Shown here piece by piece: positions 1 through 11,690 of a stretch of 64,000 nucleotides of DNA. The stretch's first letter is position 1. Each line of letters opens with the position of its first letter. The notes under the pieces were generated by a model that saw only the letters and a list, made by a program, of their open reading frames with translations, made no database searches and was not told the origin of the DNA. Both the position numbers and the translations under genes were made by a program. This stretch comes from Moniliella sp. 'wahieum' (taxonomy: Eukaryota), in contig RSEE01000015.1 of the NCBI GenBank assembly GCA_003971905.1, positions 62,001-126,000 of the forward strand. The letters run 5' to 3'.

Positions 1-247
1 CACTTGGCCCTGGGAGCGCTGCTTGAGCCGCCGGTGGATGCGGCCGACAGGGAACTGGGCACGCAGCGCAGTGTCAGTAGCCTACGCCAAGGCGGGGGGC
101 GGGGGGGGGGCAGAGCGCGCAAGGACACCCGAGGGAGAGAATACGCACCTGCAGGCCAGCACGGGCACTTTGCGTGTGGGCGTCGCCTTGGTCTTGGCAT
201 CGCCAGGGGGCATGGCCTTGCCCGCCGCCGCCAGGCTTGGGAGGCAT
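1..247 (-). CDS. HTZ1: Histone H2A.Z-type variant, 5' part (truncated by window edge); intron 55..148
   Basis: Spliced translation gives ...HTQSARAGLQ|FPVGRIHRRLKQRSQGQV, matching the H2A 'RAGLQFPVGRIHR' motif with an H2A.Z-like continuation. Intron has GTGCGT donor, CTGAC branch and CCCAG acceptor. ATG at 247. Confidence 0.85.
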
Positions 248-970
248 AGTGGTGGGAGGAGGAGGAGGCGGAGGGCTAGGCGGGGGGTGCGGGGGATGCG
301 GCAGGCCCGGCGGAGGAGACGAGGAGCAGAGGCGCGGCAGGAGGCGCGAGCAGAGGTGGGGGTGGGCAGGAGCAGGCCAGGCGGCACGCGACCGCTAGTA
401 CGACGTACACCGGCTGCTCCCAGGCAGCTGGGCGCGGGAGGAAGCGACGCAGTACGGCGCTCTTGGCAGCCAGCCTGAGCACGCGCAGCGCCCGGCGCAG
501 CGCCAGTGTGCACCGGGGCGGCGTAGAGTTTGAAAGTGGCAAAAGCCGAGCTGGGCGAGTATATCGCCTGCTCCTGGGGCCGTGCCCCGTGCCAGCACCG
601 CACCACACCGCGCTCGTGCGCACGCCCGGTGCCCACACCCTCCCCTGCCGTGTGCACCGACGTCGATGGGGCTGCTCGGCGCCCACCCTGGCCCAAGGGC
701 GCCCCCCCTGCACAGCCAGATCACATCGCATCGCGCCCCGTCCTGTCCTCCCGGGCTGGCCTGGAGACCTCCCGGGCTTCCGTCGCTTCAGCTGTCGTCC
801 CAGGTCAAGCTTCCACGGCTTCCAGCTTCAAGGCCGTCCGGAGGATCCGATGGAACGGCGGCGTCCCTGCAGGCCATGGTGGACCAAGGTACGCATGCGT
901 CGGGGTGTGGGCCAGGGCGGGGGATGGATGGGCAGCGATGCGGGTAGCTTGGCGGCCAGCAGGCGGGATG

Positions 971-1035
971 GGCGACGGCAACGGCAACGGCAACGGCAAC
1001 GGCGACAGCGACAGCGACGACGACGACGACGACGA
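971..1035. repeat. Compound microsatellite (CGGCAA)n-(CAGCGA)n-(CGA)n
   Basis: Read directly from the sequence: hexamer repeats grading into a CGA trinucleotide run. Confidence 0.85.
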
Positions 1036-1701
1036 AAGGCAGCAGAATGACTGTGAGCATGTGAGGCATGCAGCCGCGCAGGCGTGGCTCCCGTTTGCCC
1101 GATTCCGCCCTGGCGTCCCACATGGGTGACCAGGTTCACCGGTGGGGCCTAGCCGCCTCTGAGATCTGACGGTACATTTCAAAACGCAACCCCGGCCAGG
1201 CGGCGGGAGTTGAGTGCCAAGTACGCGCCCGCGCATCGGACATTGGCTTCTCTCGGGCTTTAGCGCGCAGCAGGCGTCACGCGTCCTGAGGCGTCACGCG
1301 TGCTGCGGCCTCAGGCTGGCTGGGACAAAGGGACCAGAGCAAGTGGGCGCGAACGGGTGCTGCGCTGGGCGCCCCCCCGCCGGCACGCGTGGCGGCAGTG
1401 TTGTGCTGCGCCGGCCGAACATCGGCAGGCCGCGCAGGGGGGCAGTGCTGGGCGTGCGCCGGCCCCACACAGCGCCTGTGCTGGCCGTGCCAGCTGCGAC
1501 CAGCCCAAGGCACGGCGCCCAGGGCGCGGTGCAGGCTGGAGGCGGGGCGCGTGCCTGCCTGCATGCATGCCTGCCTGCCTGCGCGTGCCCGCACCGGCGC
1601 ATGCGTCCCTCCGCGGTGGCACGCTGCGCCCCCCCTCCCCCACCACCCACCTCGCGCCTCGCACTCGCGCCTCGCACCACCACCTCTCCCCTCCACCAGC
1701 A

Positions 1702-2051
1702 ATGTCGGCTCAGGACGTACGTCGCCTCTGCTCCTGCGCCCCTCGCGCCCACCCCGCGTCGTGGCTTGCTGACTGCGTGCTCCAGTACTACGGCGGCGGC
1801 GCCCCCCAGCAGGGCTACGGCGCTCCCCAGCAAGGCTACGGCGCTCCCCAGCAGGGCGGCTACTACCCCCCTCCTCCTCAGCAGGCCTACGGCGCCCGCC
1901 GCAGCAGGGCGGCTACTACCCGCAGCAGCAGCAGCCGCAGACGGTGTATGTGCAGCAACCTGCCCAAAAGAGCGGTGGCGGCGGCGATGGGTGCTGTGCC
2001 TGCTGTCTGGCGTGCTTGGCGTGCTGTGCGCTGGACGAGCTGCTGTGCTAA
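1702..2051 (+). CDS. CYSTM (cysteine-rich transmembrane module) small protein; intron 1717..1785
   Basis: MSAQD|YYGGGAPQQGYGAPQQGYGAPQQGGYYPPPP...QTVYVQQP...GCCACCLACLACCALDELLC* stitched across indels. P/Q/G/Y-rich N-terminus plus Cys-rich C-terminal tail. GTACGT..CTGAC..CCAG intron. Confidence 0.85.
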
Positions 2052-4095
2052 TTCCAGCGTTGGGCGCGCTTAACCTCAAAGCCGAATGCCCGGACGCCAC
2101 TTGGGCCTCCTCTTCTTCTGCTTCGGCTGCCCTGCCTGCATTTCTTGCCGGGCTTGTCCTCCACCCCATTTTTTCGCTTAGTCCGCTGGCGTGGCGGGGC
2201 TCTGCCTGCCACCCGGTATCATCTATGTGCACTTGATTCGTACCAGACCTCCTCACCCATTCCCACGCGATGGGCTTTGTTTCCGTTGGCTGGTCTGGGC
2301 TGGTGGCGTGGATCCTTGGAATTCCCCCCCCCCCTCTTTTTCTTCCCCTAGTCTTCTCCCGTATGCCCCCCCCCCCAGGCACGGCGAGCTGGCAATGGCC
2401 ACTGCCCCTGATCCTGTTTTATGTTGGCCTCTTGCTCTTCTCTGATTCCTCCTCCTTTTCCCTTCCTCTTTCTTCTCCTCTTGCTCTTCCTCTCTGTACC
2501 CGGTTGACGGCACCCCAGTAGCCAGCCATCCCAGGTTTTTTTTTTTTTCTCTCTAGATCGGTAGGTAGGTGCCTAGCGTCTACGTTGGCAGTGTCCCAGG
2601 GAACGAGCTCGGCGAGCGGTGCGCGCTGAGCCTCACCTCTGATGCGCCCATGTCGGTGTTGGGCCAAAATGAATATGAGACAAGTACGGCGGCGCCGGTG
2701 CTAGACTCGGTTTCAGCTCCGACGCACGGTGTTCAGTGTTCAGTTGAGCGCAACTAGCTACCACCTGTGGCTACCACTGCCACTTCTTGGGTTGGTCCGG
2801 TCCAAGGACCGAGTACGGATGGGCTAGTTGCACGCCGGTCATTAACCAGTACTCTCAGAACTCAGTAGTCACTAGTCATTCTGCGTTCCCCTTCGCCGGA
2901 GCGGGGTCCAGGCCCCGGGCGAGGAGACGTTTCATCTCTGAGAATCTCAGCGAGGCGAGCGGGAACACGGGGCTGGCGCCCTGCAAAAAAGCAGGACCCA
3001 ACAGGCCAATCGCCCGGTTGAATTTTTGGGCCCCCCAACTGTTCGTCCATCCTCCCATATACCCTCCCCTCCCAATCGCCGCACTGCCTCGAAGTGTTAC
3101 GCGCTGCGCCTCCCCACGCGCCGCGTCCCTCTTTCGACATATCTCTCTCTGGTTCTGAGCGGGGGCCCAGGAGGCCGTACCAGGGTATAGTAGCGAGTCA
3201 GTGGAGCGAGGCAGTGGAGCACGCCTTCTTTGCCAACAGGGGGCGTGGGAGAGAGACCGCCTGCGCTCGATCCGCGTCCCGAGCTCACCATCTATGCTCT
3301 CGTGCTCGTGGGTGCTGGGGCAAGTGGCAAGTGGAGGCACCCTGACCGGGTCACGCACAAGAACGAACGGTGGATATGACTAGTGCTAGTACTAGTGACT
3401 AGTGAATGATGACTTCCCAGGCCTGGCACAAGGGCCATGTGGGTCCCATCTGTGCAGAGGCAGCGCTGGGACATCGAGATCCGGGCCGGTGGAGAGAATG
3501 GATCGAATGCGGGGCTCCAGGCGATTCAAGCCGATTGCATACGGTGGTTACTGGTCGATAGAGGCAAGAGATGCATGGGAGTGCATGGGAGGTGAGTTTT
3601 GTTTCGTACCTGTACCCCAGCTCTTGGGGCGGGTAGTTTATACCGGCTGGGTTGATCAAGAAGCGGTAGTACTTCAGCAGTGTGTGTCCCTGCTGTCGGT
3701 TGACGGTGGGTGCCTAGCCGCAATGATGGTAAGGATGACACAAGAGAAGGCCTGGCTGCCGAAATACCTCTCCTTTTGGTGGTACCTTTTTCGTTGCGTT
3801 CGGTACAGCACATGGCTCCGGAGCTTGCAGAACCCCAATTCCAGAGGATAAAAACAAAGCATGTGATTGACGAGGGAAAGAAGTCGTATATGAGGGAATG
3901 CCATGTCTAAAAGGTGCAGGCACATGTACAGCTACTTTCGGACGCACGGATCTACTCGTGGTACCACGACACTACCTCCTGCTATGGGCACGTCTAGATG
4001 CAGATTGGCTCACGAGAGGACAAAATGGGTAGGCATCAAACAGGGGAGAAATAGGTTGAAATCGGCAATGGTTTCAAACGATCCACATTGGCGGA

Positions 4096-6151
4096 TCAAG
4101 GAGTCATCGGTCCTTGCAGGTAGAGCTTCTCCACCTCGCCCTCAAAGCGCTTGCGGATCATGTCGCGGCGGTACTTGAAGGTGGGGGTGAGGGTGCCCTC
4201 TTCGACGGAAAGAGGGGTGGTGGTGATGTAGAGGCCTTTGATCATTTCCACCCCGTTCAGCTTCGCCTTCTTGCCCAGGCCCAACAGCACGCCCAGCACA
4301 GCGCGGACGACCTTGGGGTCAGACGCGGCAGCTTCGAGCTGGTCGGGCGCAATGGTCGTACCGAGCACCTGGCCTACCAGCGCAGGGAACGCATCCGGGT
4401 CGATCACGCCCACCGCGACAATGTAGTTTTGGAGCGAGTCCGCCAAGACGACAAGCTGCTGGAAGCCCGGCCAGGCAGCGTACACCGCTTCCACTTTTTC
4501 CAGCGCAATGTACTCGCCCTGACTCAGCTTGACCAAGTGCTTGACCCGATCCACAATGCTCAGCCGACCCCGCTCGTCAATCGAGCCAATGTCGCCCGTG
4601 GCAAGCCAGCCACCGTCGATAAAGCTGTCGGCCGTTCTCCTCATCCTTGTAGTAGCCGGGAAGACACTCGGACCACGGACCAAGATCTCACCACGAGGGT
4701 TGGGCTTGTCAGTGGCACGGTACCCGAGCTCGGCCTGGTCACGCAGCCGGAGCTCGACACCGGGCAAGGGCCCGCCGACCGCACCCAAGTTCTTGTCCCA
4801 CGGAAGGTTGAGCGACACAGTCGCCATGTTTTCCGTCGCGCCATATCCCTCGCGCAAATCAGCCACGAGACAAACACGCAGAAGCTTGAGCACGTCGGGC
4901 CGGATCGGGGCCGAGCCCGAGATGATCACCTCCACGTTCCCGCCCAGCAACGCGCGAATCTTGCGGAAGACGAGCTTGTCCCAAAACGCGTGTTGTACTT
5001 GCCCATCCACATCGTGGTAGGCCAGTTTGCTCTCGACAGCCCGGCGCAGGAGCTTAGACCGGAACGAGTCCCCGTTCATTTGCATCTCAATCTGTGCCGC
5101 GATCCGGTTGAGCACACGCGGAACAGAGGGGAACACGCTAGGCTTGAGAATCTGCAGGTCCTCCAACAGCTTGGTCGTGTCCCCGCACGAGTAGCCAATC
5201 ATGGCCTTGGACTTAACGCAGATAATCTCCAGCAGAACCTCGTAAATGTGCGCAACGGGAAGGTAACTGATCATGCTGCTCCCAGGCAGGGCGGCAGGGT
5301 AAACCGCGACTTGGGCCGCGGCACTGTAACCCAATTGCCCGTGAGTCACCATGGCACCCTTGGGTTGGCCCGTGGTGCCCGAGGTGTAGCAGTACATGGC
5401 GACCTGCTCCGGCGTGGGCAAAGGCGGAGGGAGGAACCAGTTTGCTGGCGCCCAAGGCGAGCACATCAGCAAACAGCACCAGCTGAACCCCATTGTCCTT
5501 GGCCCAGGCAGCAGCAATGTCATCGCGAGCGAGTTGGGTCGGTGGAAGCTTGGGGGTGGCAACGTTGGCAGGCGGCTGCTCATCAATCAGCACCACCACC
5601 TTGAGCTTGGGAAGCTGGTCCTTGTTGGCGAGGACGTTGGGAAGGTGCGCCGAGGTGGTGAAGAGGATGCACGCATCGAGTGGGCCAACACGTAAAAGGC
5701 ATTGTCGATCGCAAACGAGTCATAAATGCACACTAAGCGACGGCCGAAAGCAGTCGATTGCTGGAAGATGAGCTGAAATTCGGGCGTGTTGGGTGCCCAC
5801 AGGGCCATGGTAAAGTCGTTCGGCGCATCGGGGCCAAGTTGACCATCGGCCAGCCAGTAGCCCAAGGCCGAGCCCAGCTGCTGGATCTGCACATTGGCCT
5901 CGGCATAGGTCAGCCAGGCATAGTGGTTCGACGGAGCGCCCTTGGCAAAGTCCCAGGGCCGGCGGCCAATGAAGTTGCTGTTGGGCGACTCGTGGACGGC
6001 CTCCTGAAAGGAGGCGGAGGGGACGCCAATGTGGGAGAAGTCGGGTGCCTGGGCGTTGCGGTAGATAGCCGAGTAGCCGGGCTCCTCCGTGCCGGGCACA
6101 GGCTTGGCCGCGATGCGTTCTGCGTTTTTCGTAGGGGATGATGGGAGCCAT
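4096..6151 (-). CDS. Long-chain fatty acid--CoA ligase (ACSL/Faa2-like), frameshifted in this assembly
   Basis: AMP-binding motifs YTSGTTGQPKG, SYLPVAHIYE, EGYGATE, GWLATGDIG and IVDRVKHLVKLSQGEYIALEKVE. Confidence 0.93.
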
Positions 6152-7435
6152 GGTGGGTGGTGGGGAGGGGCAGAGGAGGCTGAGCGCCGGGGGGGATGGA
6201 GTGAAAGATCCGGCTTCTATAAGCGCGTGGCGGGCGAGGGGTCGGGGGGCGTCTGCTGGCGTCTGCGCTGGGATCTGAAACGCCAACCGCCATCTGCTCG
6301 GCTGCGGCCCCGTGCGCCGAGAAGCCAGCGGGCGGGGTTAACCGCGACGCATGACGCATCACCGGCCTCACACTGCCCGCGTCCGCTGTCCGGAGGCGCT
6401 TGCCGGAGACGGCACCGCGCCAGTCTGTGCCGCGCGTCCACCCGGCTCGCTTCCTCCCGGTGCTGCGCCGGCTACCGAGCAAGCCGAGGTACCGGATCAC
6501 CGGTGGCGGTGCCATCACCCCGCGCACTGGCCACTGCAGCAGCCACCGCTCGCCTATCGATCACCGACCAGCGGTGGTCCACGTGCTGCTGCGGGTGCAG
6601 CAGTGCCTGCGCAACAACGCAGCCGCCCCGCTCTGGCCGCCCCGCTCATCGATCGCTCATCGCTCATGCACTCATGCAACGCTGCTCGGCAGAACCAGTG
6701 TCTGTCGGCTGCTCCTATCGGCCACTCGGAAGAGGAGTAGACGCTAGGGTTAAGCAGCATCGGTTTGGCGTTTAACGCTTAGCGCTTAGCCGCTTAATGC
6801 CCAATCTCAATCGAATATCGAATCCCCTTCGCTGTTTCCCGGTTGCCGGTTATATACAACTAACTAAGGGGTGTGCCGTGCGAGCCACATCCATTAGGCA
6901 CTATGCATGTGGCTAGTGACTTCAAGCTTCAAGAGTCAACGAGTAGCTAGTAGGAAGATATATATTCGTGAAGGCTATTCAATGGTACTCCCTGGACAAA
7001 TGAACCCGACACAGCTAGTGCCTAAGCGCGGGATCCCGGCGCCTCTACACCCCAGGCGCACCCTCATCCCGTGCGTGTGGGCATGATTGACTTCCGAATG
7101 TGCCATTTCCATGATGCTCCAAAGGCGTAAGTATATGGCGTCCTGTGCTATTAAAGTTACGCATATTGCCCACATATCCCACTCCACGCACGGGAGCAGT
7201 CATTAATTGCTGACTCCACCTGGACTCTGAGGCGCATATTATCTAAGCCACCCGCGCAGTATAGGGTCAGCTTGACCGCTCCGCCTGCCAAAGCGAGTCG
7301 CAGCAGGCGGTGCGCGAGACAGGACGAAACAGGGGCCCCGCGCCTCGCTCTGGTCGATTCGTGCCAAGGCCTGTGTGGCGCTTCGGCTTGCCTCCCCTCC
7401 CATCAGCTCGGCTCTCTCCATCGCGTTCGAACAGC

Positions 7436-8609
7436 ATGCGTGGCATCTCCAAGGCCTTCATCCGTGCGCCCCACCGCATCACCACCAAGGTTGGCAGGGC
7501 GCACACCAGTTCGGATGCCCAGTTTGACGAGCTTGCTCGCCACTTTGTCACGTTGAAAAGGCAGCTGAAAGCTCAAGAAGGACGCATCCGAGTATCACAA
7601 AGCCGTGCAAAACATGCTCGTGTCGGGTGCTGCGCTCGGGACCACGTTCCAAGCTCTCTTTTCCCCCATGAGCAACGAGGGCGACATGGCCACCGCCTTC
7701 CCCGATGCACTCCGGACGATTGAGCGGCTGCCCGAGTACGATCAACTAATGAGCGAACTACGGGACACGCTTACGCCCGAGCTTGAGCTAATCGAGAATC
7801 GGGTGCTGGGTCCTTTGAAGGGCTTTCACGGGGTGTGCGCTGCTGTGCGCAAAACATTACCAAGCGGGAGCACAAATTGATCGACTACGATCGTCACAAG
7901 AATGCGTTCGAGAAACTGCAAAACAAGAAGGAAAAATCGCTCAAGGACGAGCAAAACTTGTTCAAACTAGAGGAGGAGTACCAAGCGGCGACGGCCGACT
8001 ATGAGTACTTTAACGACACACTCAAGCGAGAGCTGCCCGAGTTTTCAACCTGGCCGCCTCGTTTGTCAACCCGCTTTCCATTCCTTCTACTACATGCAGC
8101 TCAACGTTATCTACCTCACTCTTGACCGCTTCCAGTCTTTGTCAGATGGACAAAACGAAAAGGCCGCCAGTCTGCCACAGATTGAGGAGGATTACCAAGC
8201 AGCCATGGGGGATGTCGTGGAAACGATGGAAGCCCTGTCGATCCGCAAGCCGGCCACCGCCTCGGTGCGGGTGTTGACGCGCACGGACGGACGCTTGGTT
8301 CAGCGCAATTGGACCTGGATCCGGGCATGGGATGGCCGCTAACGCACCTAGTAAGGGCGGTGGCATGGCAAGCGGAAGTATAAGTAAGAAGGCGCCTCCT
8401 CCCCTATTCCGCGCAAGAAGCCGGGTCTGAGCAGCGGCCCAAACTACGTTGTGCCCTGTACGACTACAAGGCGCAGGCGAAGGCGATCTCACATTCGCTG
8501 CAGGGGATCGGATTGAAGTGGTTCAGCGCACCGGGTCACAGGAGATTGGTGGACCGGAGTGGCCAATGGCGTCCAGGGCTTTCCTGGTAACTACGTGCGC
8601 GACCCCTGA
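7436..8609 (+). CDS. RVS167: Amphiphysin-like BAR + SH3 protein (Rvs167/Hob1 family)
   Basis: N-BAR start MRGISKAFIRAPH, KREHKLIDYDRH and FHSFYYMQLN. C-terminal SH3 fragments ALYDY..GEGDLTFAAGDRIEVV and FPGNYV. Confidence 0.85.
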
Positions 8610-9209
8610 TACCGTAAGAAACACAAGGCCTTACTCTCGTGTGCGCGCCTCTCTCTATATCCGGGCCGCTTTTCCTCTTCTCATATGCTTTGAACCTTTC
8701 CTCCTGTCCCTCTGTTTCGATGATACCTTCTCGTTGCGTTGATGCCACCTCCTCACGTAGGCTGCATGTCAGGCGAAAACGTATTGGTGGTGGCGAAGGC
8801 TGTGTGAGCCCGCTGGGCGGTCTGTTGAGCCTGTACATTGCAGCCAAGCCCTGCCAAGCCTGGGTGCCACCGCGCGCCAGCAGTGCGCAAGCGCCGATCT
8901 ATTGCACCGAACAGACCAACGTACCATGTAACAAATATATATCGCAGACCCCCTTTTTCTTTACGTCATGCTTACCTATTTGTTTCGCGGGCGGAATGCG
9001 CACCCCACCCCCGCGTGCTCAGCCATGCACATGGGTGATAAAATTCCTCCAGCGTGGAACAGTGGAAAGGTGGCTAAGGTGGCGACGGGGGAACGGTGGT
9101 TACGGTGGCGACGTGCACCAAGCCCAAGCTGGGGCGAAGCCCCAGCTGACCGGGCCGTAGGCCCGGTGGTCTTCTAGTGTAACAAAAACAGCATGACCAT
9201 GGCTGCATT

Positions 9210-9217
9210 CACGTGAC
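9210..9217. promoter_or_regulatory. CACGTGAC (Cbf1/USF-type bHLH E-box); copies also at 11106, 25600, 46063 (reverse) and 59074
   Basis: All five copies noticed lie about 75-360 bp upstream of start codons. Confidence 0.5.
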
Positions 9218-9418
9218 CCCCTATTCCAGTGTTGAACGTTGAACGTTGAACGCTGGCAGTTGCCAGTAATAGCACAAGTCCACACAAGTGACAAAAAGTC
9301 ATCAGACGCGTCCGTGTCCTCTCTCGACAGCCGCAATCACCTTGACATATCCACGAACCATGCCCCCACATCCACGAGCCAAGCCACGCATCTGCGGCGT
9401 TCCCGGCACCAGCACCTG

Positions 9419-10814
9419 ATGCAGGAAGATCGCGCATACGACCCTATCTCCATCTGCGGCCAGGGCGCGTTTGGCACGGTCATCCAGGCCCGATGGTATG
9501 GATCTCTGCGTTTGAAGACCCATAATCAGCGTAGCACACAAGATGAGGGGGGGGCTCTGGTGGCTATCAAGAAGCTTAAGGATCACATCCCACCCTATGT
9601 GAATGCGGAAGAACTGTTGGACCTGCCAGAGCTACGAGTATGGCATATAGTTCCTTCCCCCCCCTCCCCTCTGTTATTTTCTCCCTAGTACTAGAGTAGC
9701 ATTTACTGATGATTGATTCATGATAGGCATTGCTTTTATCCCGTCGCACTCCCACGTCGTTGCACTGTGGGACGTCTTTCTTCTCCGCCCTCCTGCACCG
9801 AAAGAGCTCCACATCGTATTTGAATACCTTCCTTTCAACTTGATTCAAGTCCTTGAGTATGCCAAGGCCTCGGGACGACGATTGGCCTACTCCCTCGTTA
9901 TTTCGATTGCGTACCAGATGTTCCTTGGCTTGGACCACATTCACCAGCATGGTTGGCTTCATCGTGACCTCAAGCCTGAGAACGTGCTGATCTCCTTTCC
10001 CGGTGGCTTGGAGACAATGATGAACGCTCGCCACTTCCCTGTCCAAAAGTTGGTGGTCAAGATCGCCGATCTAGGCTTAGCAACGGAGGTAGGTCTTTCC
10101 CCTTTCCCCCGCCTCCACAGTTTCGAGGTCACGTCTAAAGCCGCATCATGGATGCAGATCACCGGCGCCAACGAACCGTTGTCAACGTACATATCCACCC
10201 GCTGGTACCGTGCACCTGAACTGTTACTCGGGATAAAGAGGTACGGGGTGGGGGTTGACATGTGGGCTGCTGGAGTCATGATTGGGGAATGCGTGCTGCT
10301 TGAGCCCCTTTTCCCTGGGACCAACCAAGTTGATCAGCTACTGCGCATTGCTCGGGTGCTCGGTCGTCCGCACTCCGAGAGAGGAAGGCAAGTATGGCCG
10401 CAAGGGCTTGTTCTGGCACGGACACTACGCTTCACTTGGCCTAATAGATGTACTGGAGGGTTGGAAAGTCTGTTCCATTCCAACACGCTGCCCCAGATCC
10501 TTCAGCTTCTGCGTGCGTTGTTACTCTACAATCCAGAATCGCGTTTGGTCGCCAGGGAAGCCCTTGATCATCCACTCTTTTCTTCTTCCTTTGGTCTTCC
10601 CAACACTGAGACGTCGTGGTCGTTCGGGGAGACCCGACGGGTGTTGCGGCATGATACCCTCGTTTCTTATCAGCCACATCGAAATGGGGGAAACATGATG
10701 CACGTGTACGACCAGGAGCTCAAGGACCAACTCAAGAGACTTTATCGGACCCCTGTCGCACCGACGTTTACGCCTTACGACCGGTTGCCGTCATACCTCA
10801 CGCGACGAATTTGA
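9419..10814 (+). CDS. CMGC Ser/Thr kinase of the MAK/Ime2/Crk1 (RCK) group, divergent; introns ~9638..9726 and 10089..10157
   Basis: GQGAFGTV, LVAIKK, HRDLKPEN, DLG, STYISTRWYRAPE, DMWAAG and PLFPG..QVDQL motifs. Confidence 0.85.
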
Positions 10815-11187
10815 TGATGAGAGAGGTCACAGGTTACACATGCCATCCTCGAAGAGATAGCCAAAAGCATGCCGAGTTACAGCATGACGTTTTACAAGAG
10901 CGCGCAGATCAACCGCGACGGTGGGTGCTGATGGGGCAGGGGCAGAAAGAATGAAGGTACTAGCTATACTGTCACGTCGAGGCCCTGGAGGCGGATCAGA
11001 TAGTGAGCTAGTCAGCCATGATTATGTGGTGCATCATATATACCCAGTTGCACCGGTCGCTCCGTGGCTCAGCCTCAGCGCACAACCCGAGCGCTCACCT
11101 CGCCGCACGTGACCGTCCCACGGCAAGCGGGACACAAGCCGAGATGACATGGACTTCGTAGCTTGCTCGTCCATACTGCGCGCCATC

Positions 11188-11690
11188 ATGAGTGATCCCG
11201 GCGCGCCTCCTCTTGAGCCGCGCAGGCGGTTTTGGCGCAAAGACGAGACGGAGCATGCGTCGATGGTGCAGTCTCTCGCTGGGCTCAAGGGGCTGCTGTA
11301 TGGCACAATCCTAGGCGGTCTCGGCTGCTACTTCGCTGGCATTGCCTACCCCCCCTTTGGTCGCCACAAGTTGCAGGTCAAAGTCTATCTCACCGCATCT
11401 GGTATGTTCTTCGTGCGATTTGGTACGATAGGAGAGCATTCGCATGTGGGAAGGAGGTTGATGAGAAGGGCTAACTTTGCAATTCAGTGGCCATGGCTTG
11501 GTTCACCTTCTCGGCAGACAAAGCCTTGTTGCGGCACGAGCTGGAGGAGAGGGACTTTGAAGGACGCATGCGTGCCGTTGCTCGCGTGGAGCTGGGACGT
11601 CAGGGGATCATCCCCACTGAGGATGAGATCCATAAGTGGAAAGAAGGCCTGCGGAAAGAGTACTATGCTCGTACCCAGACCGCACCTTAA
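11188..11690 (+). CDS. Small two-TM protein, probably Rcf2/Rcf3 (HIG1-related) mitochondrial inner-membrane type; intron 11402..11487
   Basis: Splicing the GTATGT..CTAAC..TTCAG intron joins two ORFs in frame: GLKGLLYGTILGGLG..YPPF..QVKVYLTAS|VAMAWFTFSADKALLRHE. Family assignment is by resemblance only. Confidence 0.6.

Noticed and set aside
530..1236. Overlapping ORFs with NG/D or VA repeats
   Set aside because: Explained by the compound microsatellite within a GC-rich divergent intergenic region.
2905..2975. GGCCCCG / ACACGGGGCT pairing resembling RNase MRP P4
   Set aside because: The GAAA of CR-I is missing and the two strands are only about 60 nt apart, too short for MRP RNA.
3406..3500. 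ATGATGA C-box-like motif and ORF 3402..3851
   Set aside because: No matching CTGA D box or terminal stem nearby, and the ORF has no recognisable motif.
4114..5604. Long antisense ORFs (4114..5604 +, 33978..35663 +, 25012..26244 + in part)
   Set aside because: They mirror real genes on the opposite strand, an expected effect of high GC3 codon bias. The 3' part of 25012..26244 is simply the Pol5 N-terminus.
6744..6753. TAGGGTTA, and GAACCCTAAC near 51532, as a telomere repeat or telomerase template
   Set aside because: Isolated partial matches with no array and no supporting RNA structure.
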